Assembly (NCBI GenBank): GCA_965205975.1
Contig: OZ242195.1
Location: 1-64,000, forward strand
Reading direction: 5' to 3'
From: Candidatus Latescibacterota bacterium
GTDB lineage: Bacteria > Latescibacterota > UBA2968
DNA length: 64,000 nt
Shown in pieces: positions 57,200 through 64,000 of this stretch. Each line of letters starts with the position of its first letter. The stretch's first letter is position 1. The position numbers and the translations under genes are program-made. The notes below the pieces were generated by a model. The model ran no database searches. It had not been told where the DNA came from and worked only from the letters and a program-made list of their open reading frames with translations.

Positions 57200-59008
57200 T
57201 CAATTCTCCACTTCAGTCTCAAAGCGAGGCTTCAGCCGCTTCATTGCTTCTGCATCATTGACGCCCACTAAAAGTCCCAGATCACGCAGACGTCGCTCCA
57301 AAATCGCGCGATTCCTTTGCAACAATTCGTTGGAAATAGTCATCCCTGGTGGGGCAGTATCCACATGGAATCCATAGTGTTCGCGCAAAATTTCCATAAA
57401 CTCTTTGAACGAGAGGGTGCGAGGCCCCGATTTATTACCACTTCGTAACAAGTGACGATGGACAAGATAGTCCAGGACCGAATCGGTGAATACAAGAGAA
57501 CGCACATCGCGTTTGCGGCGCGTTGTACTTCCACTAAGACCACGCGTCGTCGCCCTTTTCGCCGCCAGCCCATTCGGACGCCCGGTGTGCAAGATTGAGT
57601 CAATCATTCCCATAAACTTGGTACGAGAGCTTGATCCTATGAGAACCATTAAACCATCGGCAAATCGCCAGACTGGATTCGGCTGATTATCTGCATTGCC
57701 AAGAATCTCCGCAGCATCGGCATAGTCGTTCGCTACTTCTGCAGCCAACTTGTTAGCATCATCTTCAATTCTGAACGAAATTCGTTGCGCTTCCAAGTGG
57801 CGATTGTGCAGCAAGTCCCCTAACAGATTTAGCCACTCGGTAGCATAAGGTCGGGTAGCAATACCCTGAGTTTTGATTTTTTGATTGTCCTGCGCATGAT
57901 AATCCAGCAGTCGCAGTGCCATTAGAATAGCGGGAAGGCGTTCCAAGCGCCGCATATGGTCGTCCATTGACTGCTCAGCTATATCCCGAATGCTGCGCTC
58001 TATCCCATTAGAGCAATCAATGAATAATGGAGCGGGTAACTGCTTCTTTTTTTCTGGAATGATACCCGTATCCGACCACCGTAATAATAACTCTATTGTA
58101 CTGGTAAGAATGGTCATCAGACCAATGGCAATACAGGACTCCAGCATTTCCACTAAGGCGTATCGCGGCACCAAGGCGGAGTATGAGCGCACGAAACGGC
58201 GAATGTCCTCGGAGAAGTTCTGCGCCGCTTGCTCGGCAATGGGGCGTTGATTGGAGATTGGGCCCGCTTCCCTACCACGTATCTTATCCGGTGCCCTTTC
58301 AAGTTGCTGAGCGAGTCGAACCATCAATAGTTGGTCCAATCCTACTAAATTGTTTTCCTCCTCAAACCGCTCCGATGCCAAGTCTCCTGAAAATTCTCCA
58401 TGGCGGATAACGCCTTGGCTAAAAGCATCCAACAAAACATTATCTTCGTAGTTTTTTCCTACGGGGAACCATGTTAGCTTCTTATTTTCGCTCAGCTCAA
58501 CGGACTCGCCCTTCTTTTGATCAGCCAGCAGGGCCACGATCATCTCGGGAACGTAGCGGAGGTTCACTACTTTTTCTGGTAAATCAATCCAACTCGCCAT
58601 ATAATGGGCTGGTGCAACGCGCTGGATCTGCTGGTCCCGTCCCAAACCGTGCTTGACATTTTCAAGGCAGAAACAGAGTAATAAGTCGCCAAGGATGGCT
58701 TTTTCGGGGTCGCTATTAAAACCGTCTAACTCTTCTATGTTGGAAAGCCTCTCTGCGATGCGCTCAATATTCACCGACCGTCTTATTTGGCTGGGCGATC
58801 CATTTTTGTCTCCAAAGGTCTTTAGAAAATTTCCAATACCTCTGCGTTGACCGAAACGGAACATGTAGAAAACAGCGGGAAGAATAGAAGATAATGCGAA
58901 ATCCTGTACCGAAACTGGCAGTACTTTATCGTAGTTACCAGACCAGATTTCTCGGGTCATTTTGCGGCCTAGAATATCATCAACGAGTGAGCGAGCAGTA
59001 TCGGCCAT
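57200..59008 (-). CDS. Hypothetical helical protein, DptG(DndG)-like position and C-terminus
   Basis: 602 aa; middle gene of the operon; C-terminal wHTH-like FMEILREHYGF...LERRLRDLGLLVGVNDA. Confidence 0.55.
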   Translation of the reverse strand: MADTARSLVDDILGRKMTREIWSGNYDKVLPVSVQDFALSSILPAVFYMFRFGQRRGIGNFLKTFGDKNGSPSQIRRSVNIERIAERLSNIEELDGFNSDPEKAILGDLLLCFCLENVKHGLGRDQQIQRVAPAHYMASWIDLPEKVVNLRYVPEMIVALLADQKKGESVELSENKKLTWFPVGKNYEDNVLLDAFSQGVIRHGEFSGDLASERFEEENNLVGLDQLLMVRLAQQLERAPDKIRGREAGPISNQRPIAEQAAQNFSEDIRRFVRSYSALVPRYALVEMLESCIAIGLMTILTSTIELLLRWSDTGIIPEKKKQLPAPLFIDCSNGIERSIRDIAEQSMDDHMRRLERLPAILMALRLLDYHAQDNQKIKTQGIATRPYATEWLNLLGDLLHNRHLEAQRISFRIEDDANKLAAEVANDYADAAEILGNADNQPNPVWRFADGLMVLIGSSSRTKFMGMIDSILHTGRPNGLAAKRATTRGLSGSTTRRKRDVRSLVFTDSVLDYLVHRHLLRSGNKSGPRTLSFKEFMEILREHYGFHVDTAPPGMTISNELLQRNRAILERRLRDLGLLVGVNDAEAMKRLKPRFETEVEN

Positions 59009-59018
59009 TTTTCGTCTC

Positions 59019-62000
59019 CTACATCAGTTGTTGAATAATCATCCGTTGTTGAACGTCTGTACCATCACTTTCGACGATCTCAGCAGAAATTTCATAAATT
59101 GCATCATCGTGCATTGGATTATAGGCCAATATCTTGCGATCATCCTCGCGAACCAGTCGCTGCACAAAGATAGATAATTGTGCAAATGTATCATCCGTCG
59201 AGACATCGCCCAACTGGTAACCGTCGTTCAGTTCCAGCAACAGGTGAAATAGATCGGCACCAAGACGCAGACGCTCTTTCCGTCCATCCCGATAGCGGTA
59301 GATCAAAAAGGCTTGGCGATGCAGGTGATCAAGTCCCGCGGCTTCAGCGGGCAGGTTGGCTTCGAGCCGAAAAGCGGTGATAGGCTTTTCTACCCAGAAT
59401 GCCGTTTCAGTAGGGGTGCGGGGAGTAATACGCAGTGGGACGATCCCGGAACGCTTAAATGCTTGAGGTGGCAGGTTTTCCAAGCGTGCAATCCCTCCGC
59501 ATAGTTTTTGGCAAAGATCGTCTAGATTGTCCTTGTCAATTGGAAGGCTCTGGAACTTTGGATAATGCCGAGCTTGGGCTAAGCTCAGGGCATTAGGATC
59601 ACCGGTAAGTTCGACGACCTCGTCTTGGATCCATTCAAAATAAGCTCGCCGTCGCGCTGATTCCAATTCCATCTCTGCATAATGGGTAACACCGATATTA
59701 GTATCGGTAGATGGTGTACGCAGCAGTTTCCGATCAATCTGTGGATGGGCTTCGAGAGCCGGGTCAAAACGTATCAGTTCTCGTAAAACTTCGCCCTGTC
59801 GTCCCGGTGACTCTGTCGAAAAGGCGCGATCCCAATAGGGCAATAGAGTGTCCTTACCCTTGTGATAGTCGTGGCAGAAGTGAACCCCAAATAGGATATA
59901 TACCAGTGCGGCCCTTAGTTCACGGATAGTGATGTGGGTTTCGCCGCGGAAATGAACAGCTTGCAACATCTCGAACAGTCGTTGCCGGGCGCGGGTACGG
60001 CGTTCCTTTAAATCCAAACTAGGTAATCCGTCAGGCCCAAATAACCGCATAGCGCGGCGGACCTCACACCGATCCTGAGCCGAACACGTTTCGCAGGGTG
60101 CCCAAATTTCGGATGCCTTCTCGCCACCGTAAAGGATATTTAGCAACTCATTAAGAAAGCCGGTTTCAATGTCTGTTGCATCAGCGGTTATACCTCCCAC
60201 GAGAGAACGCTGGTTGAGATTGATGAATCGAATGTGCGATTCGGAGACAGACCTCTCGCTGTTGAGCAGGCTGTCAAGCACCTGCGTTAAGGGCGTTTCT
60301 CCACCATGATGGTATTCTACATCTTCCATCCATTCCAGGAGGCGGCCGTCATTGATCGCGAGAAGATGTACAATATCCTCATCGGGTGGGCCTTCTTGAA
60401 ATGGTTCCAGAAATTCATCCAGTAACTCATCCGCTGATCGTCCTTGCCAAGATGCCGAACCATCAAGATTCATGCGCACCGTCAGGCCGTCATCCATTTG
60501 CTTTTCGAGAATGCGCTCTGAGGAAGTGTGGTTGCCAAACCCGAGACGACTGGCCAGGTGCTGAAGCAACGCGGTCTTGCCGTCCCCAGCATTACCGCAC
60601 AGGACGACGAGGCGAACCTGCCGTTTCTGTATCTGATCGAACAGCGATTGCTCTAAGTTTGTTTCAACATAGGTTTGCGAGGCAAAATCTGTGTCGAGGC
60701 CGCGTGTTTCGCTATTACCCCAGCGGGAACCGGGATAGGATTGCAGTAGAGATTGGAGCCAAGGTATTTCGTTCTCACTGCGAGCGCGAGGTTCCGATAG
60801 TGGCTTTGAGATGTCGCTGCCTCCCTTACCAACGGATTCTTCTCCGTCTTCGGCGTCAATGGAGCCGGGTGAGAGCAAAACGGCCTTCGCTTCGGTAGCT
60901 GATGCAAATCGTTGCTCGGGGTCGGGATTTGTAGCTTGATCTATAAATGCGGCGACGGTTGGGTACTCGTCGAGCTCGACGTTATCCCAATTCAATCCGC
61001 GGTCCTTGGCTTGGTTGCCATTGTACATAAACGGCTTCTTTTCAAAAAGCACATGGAAGAAACTCGCTGCCAATGCAAAGAAATCATCCGAGGGCGTAGC
61101 TGGGCGGTCTTCAAGGTGCGTATGCGCGCTATACATGATGGTCCCGGCAGCGGCTGGCGTCCCTGCCTTGATAACGCAGTCGTAGTCGGTCAAAACGATC
61201 TCGCTATCGGCAACAATCATGTTGCGCGGGCTGACATCGCCATGTACCAAACCGTTACGGTGCAGGACATCCAACGCATCGCAAATCGTCCGTAGCCAAC
61301 GCAAGGATAGGGCCTCTCCCGACTCTTCATGGAAGTCTTCGGCAAGAATGGGGATTAGTCCGGAAAGTTCGCTTAAGGGCTCGCCTTCTATCCAGGCCAT
61401 CAATGCAACGATTTTGTTGTCGCGCCACTCATCCGCTGTCTCGAAGATCGTTGAAAGTGCTGTCGAATGATGGAGGTGTGAGTGCGCCAAATTGTATGAC
61501 TGAAGGACTCGCTTGCCCGTTTTCTCATTCCGGACAACTTTGGCAACGTAGGCACCGAGGTCTCCGCCAGTCGAGTCATCAATCTTTACCACCTTGAATG
61601 TGGTGCCGACTCCACCTGAACCCAGACGCGAAACGATGCGGTAATCTCGACCGCGAAAGTTCACAATTTGATCTTCAGTCCAGAATCGGGCTGGTGGCGC
61701 GGCGACTGTAGGCAGTTCACCCAATAGGATAGATATCGAGTCGCGGAGATCCTGCAAGGTGCTACGCTCCGCTGGATCATCTACCATCCCCTTAACCAGC
61801 ATCTCTTTGGCATTCTGACTTTTATCATCACTTCGTTCTGAGAATAGCACGGATAGACTGGCACACAATGAGTACACATCGGAGCGACGATCCGCTGCAC
61901 CGAGTCCTTGGGCACGCACCTCGGGAGCAATCGCATTGTCTCCTTCGTCTTCTGCACTGCTGGAAATCGCCACAGTAATATCGTCGGGAATTCGAGCGTG

Positions 62001-63026
62001 TTGGAAACCGGTCAGGATCGGTGTGTTATCATGTTTGACGAGAATCGTGTCAGGCGTGAGGTTTCGATGAAGCATGGGTTCTTCACCTTCGTCCGTTTCA
62101 TGCAGTTCCATCAATGCGTCAACTGTATGCCGAGCGAAGGCTATGCGTGTCTTCGTATCCCATGTGTCATCTTCTGTGCGTTGCTTAATACTGGGAGCCG
62201 CCGGATCTGCAACTGTGAAGAACCACATCTCGCCCGCATACCCCGGTGCTTCTTGGAACGAGTCGTCAATACGCGGTGCCCAGGAGTGGAGTTGCAGTCG
62301 GTGCAGTGCGTCAAATTCCCGCCGCGCCCTCGACTCTGGATTTCGTTGGTCGGTTGCCGACACATCGTAGAGATGCAGGAGCACGCGATTACGCCGTTTG
62401 GAATGCGTGCCTTTGTAGATTCGGTGAAATCGTTCATCTGAAGGCGTCTGAAGTACCAGATTGACATAGCCCGCCATGGGTCTCAGATCGCCATCGGCCA
62501 ACACACTGGTCTTTGGATACAGAGCCTTTCCCAGTATCTTGACTTGCGGCGGCGATAATGATGTAGGCTCATCCAGTGCCACAGCACCTTGCCAGGTTTT
62601 TAATGTGTGGAACGAAACGCCGCGGACTTTCTGGCCCTCAAGAGGTTTGACCTTTAAGGCGTCCTGTGTAACCAGGAACACCCCATCCACCCGGTCGAGA
62701 TTGGCGACCTTTCGACGTAATGTGGTACCGACCTTGCGCGCTTTAGCCATTACGCGTTCGGCCTCATGTTCTACGCGTTCAGCATTTTGCTTCACCCAAG
62801 TTGAGGTCCAGTGTTTGACCTCAATGACCCGGATTCCAGGCGGGCCAATAGCTACAATGTCGATTTCATCTGATTGACGTTGATGGGTAGTGGAAAACGC
62901 GAGGTTTGTCAACAGCAGCCATTCTCCATCGCCTAATTCAGAAATCAGACCCGACTTAAGTCGCTCAATGGCCTTCTGTTCGCTATCATTGGCGACAGGC
63001 CCACAGTTAATAAGAGTTACTTTCAT
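59019..63026 (-). CDS. NERD nuclease - pseudokinase - Ser/Thr kinase - DptF(DndF)-like P-loop fusion
   Basis: NERD EIDIVAIGPPGIRVIEVKHW; kinase-like 1 HRNLTPDTIL..TGF; kinase 2 LGSGGVG, VAK, HGDVSPRN, TDYD; LCGNAGDGKT, LAINDGRL, CETC....RC; start MKVTL after GAAGG. Confidence 0.8.
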   Translation of the reverse strand: MKVTLINCGPVANDSEQKAIERLKSGLISELGDGEWLLLTNLAFSTTHQRQSDEIDIVAIGPPGIRVIEVKHWTSTWVKQNAERVEHEAERVMAKARKVGTTLRRKVANLDRVDGVFLVTQDALKVKPLEGQKVRGVSFHTLKTWQGAVALDEPTSLSPPQVKILGKALYPKTSVLADGDLRPMAGYVNLVLQTPSDERFHRIYKGTHSKRRNRVLLHLYDVSATDQRNPESRARREFDALHRLQLHSWAPRIDDSFQEAPGYAGEMWFFTVADPAAPSIKQRTEDDTWDTKTRIAFARHTVDALMELHETDEGEEPMLHRNLTPDTILVKHDNTPILTGFQHARIPDDITVAISSSAEDEGDNAIAPEVRAQGLGAADRRSDVYSLCASLSVLFSERSDDKSQNAKEMLVKGMVDDPAERSTLQDLRDSISILLGELPTVAAPPARFWTEDQIVNFRGRDYRIVSRLGSGGVGTTFKVVKIDDSTGGDLGAYVAKVVRNEKTGKRVLQSYNLAHSHLHHSTALSTIFETADEWRDNKIVALMAWIEGEPLSELSGLIPILAEDFHEESGEALSLRWLRTICDALDVLHRNGLVHGDVSPRNMIVADSEIVLTDYDCVIKAGTPAAAGTIMYSAHTHLEDRPATPSDDFFALAASFFHVLFEKKPFMYNGNQAKDRGLNWDNVELDEYPTVAAFIDQATNPDPEQRFASATEAKAVLLSPGSIDAEDGEESVGKGGSDISKPLSEPRARSENEIPWLQSLLQSYPGSRWGNSETRGLDTDFASQTYVETNLEQSLFDQIQKRQVRLVVLCGNAGDGKTALLQHLASRLGFGNHTSSERILEKQMDDGLTVRMNLDGSASWQGRSADELLDEFLEPFQEGPPDEDIVHLLAINDGRLLEWMEDVEYHHGGETPLTQVLDSLLNSERSVSESHIRFINLNQRSLVGGITADATDIETGFLNELLNILYGGEKASEIWAPCETCSAQDRCEVRRAMRLFGPDGLPSLDLKERRTRARQRLFEMLQAVHFRGETHITIRELRAALVYILFGVHFCHDYHKGKDTLLPYWDRAFSTESPGRQGEVLRELIRFDPALEAHPQIDRKLLRTPSTDTNIGVTHYAEMELESARRRAYFEWIQDEVVELTGDPNALSLAQARHYPKFQSLPIDKDNLDDLCQKLCGGIARLENLPPQAFKRSGIVPLRITPRTPTETAFWVEKPITAFRLEANLPAEAAGLDHLHRQAFLIYRYRDGRKERLRLGADLFHLLLELNDGYQLGDVSTDDTFAQLSIFVQRLVREDDRKILAYNPMHDDAIYEISAEIVESDGTDVQQRMIIQQLM

Positions 63027-63270
63027 AAATACCTTCTTCCCGTTCGTCATCACGAGCATTTAGAATACTCGAAGGCCGAACGCGGGTTCCCGTCGCTTCC
63101 TTGCGCTCGCGGACTCTGTGCAGCCACTCTTCAACCGAGGGCCGCGATGCGATTCGTTCCAACTCTTCGCGGAGAAATGCCTGCATGGACTGGCGTTGGC
63201 GGGCGGCACGGACAGCAAGCGCGTCGTGTACATCTTCCGGGACGTTCTCTATGGTGATTTGTACTGGCAT
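63007..63270 (-). CDS. FitA/Arc-like ribbon-helix-helix protein (orphan antitoxin)
   Basis: ITIENVPEDVHDALAVRAARQRQSMQAFLREEL; GAGGA RBS; no PIN toxin follows. Confidence 0.8.
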   Translation of the reverse strand: MPVQITIENVPEDVHDALAVRAARQRQSMQAFLREELERIASRPSVEEWLHRVRERKEATGTRVRPSSILNARDDEREEGIYESNSY

Positions 63271-63297
63271 GATGGTTTAGTCCTCATGATAATGTGG

Positions 63298-64000
63298 TTA
63301 TTTCGTCTTGTCCATCAACCTGGCAAATTCGTCGAAGAGATAATCGGCATCGTGCGGACCGGCAGAGGCTTCGGGGTGGTATTGGACGGAGAAGGCGGGC
63401 AGTTCGCGGTGGCGCAGGCCCTCGAGGGTGTTGTCGTTGAGATTGATGTGGGTGAGTGCTACGACTTCTCGGTCGAGGGTGTTGAGATCGACGCAGAAAC
63501 CGTGGTTTTGTGCGGTGATTTCGACTTTGCCCGTGCTGGCGTGTTGCACGGGCTGATTGGCACCCCGGTGACCAAATTTGAGTTTGTACGTTTTTCCACC
63601 CAGTGCCAGGCCGAGAAGCTGATGGCCCAGGCATATTCCAAAGGTAGGGCGTTCGCGGATCAATTTGCGGATGTTTTTGACCGCATAAGTCACGGGTTCT
63701 GGATCGCCCGGGCCGTTGGATAAAAATATGCCGTCGGGATCGATTTCGAGGAGTTGCTCTGCGGGTGTGTCGGCGGGGAAAACAGTTACATCGCAGCCGC
63801 GGTCAACGAGGTAGCGCAAGATGTTGTGTTTGATACCAAAGTCGTAAGCCGCCACGCGGTATTTGGCTTTTTGCTTAAGATGTCTGGTCTGGCCGGTTTT
63901 GAGATCGCAAAGGCCCTCGGCCCAGTGGTAGGGTTCTGAGCAGGTGACGTTTTGCACGAGGTCGCGGCCGATCAGGCCGGGGAAGGCGCGCGCTTTTTGA
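63298..64000 (-). CDS. carA: Carbamoyl-phosphate synthase small subunit (5'-truncated by window edge)
   Basis: [50 protein letters not shown]. Confidence 0.97.
   Translation of the reverse strand, partial: QKARAFPGLIGRDLVQNVTCSEPYHWAEGLCDLKTGQTRHLKQKAKYRVAAYDFGIKHNILRYLVDRGCDVTVFPADTPAEQLLEIDPDGIFLSNGPGDPEPVTYAVKNIRKLIRERPTFGICLGHQLLGLALGGKTYKLKFGHRGANQPVQHASTGKVEITAQNHGFCVDLNTLDREVVALTHINLNDNTLEGLRHRELPAFSVQYHPEASAGPHDADYLFDEFARLMDKTK

Overview
A 64-kb bacterial chromosomal window. The gene set (short sigma-70, DUF4159/DUF4175/MoxR cluster, LytR_C-rsfS-mtnA) suggests an FCB-group organism such as Latescibacterota or Gemmatimonadota; this is inference only. The housekeeping backbone (murD, a murC paralog, ldcA, aroA, dnaE, rodA-mrdA-mreD, an MltD-like gene, mtnA, rsfS, carA) is interrupted by four accessory elements. 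(1) An AIPR gene is inserted inside the MoxR operon. (2) A solo IS200/IS605 TnpB with intact catalytic motifs and an orphan promoter/structured-RNA/terminator unit sit next to the trailer of an 84-spacer type I-E CRISPR array. (3) A complete type I-E cas operon is preceded by a WYL regulator and several toxin-deleted TA remnants. (4) An 11-kb three-gene island encodes a PglW-like NERD-pseudokinase-kinase fused to a DptF(DndF)-like P-loop domain, followed by DptG-like and DptH-like (nuclease plus HerA/FtsK) genes, with no DNA-modification genes nearby. This island is the best candidate for a poorly described defence system. Family assignments come from motif recognition by eye; no database search was run.
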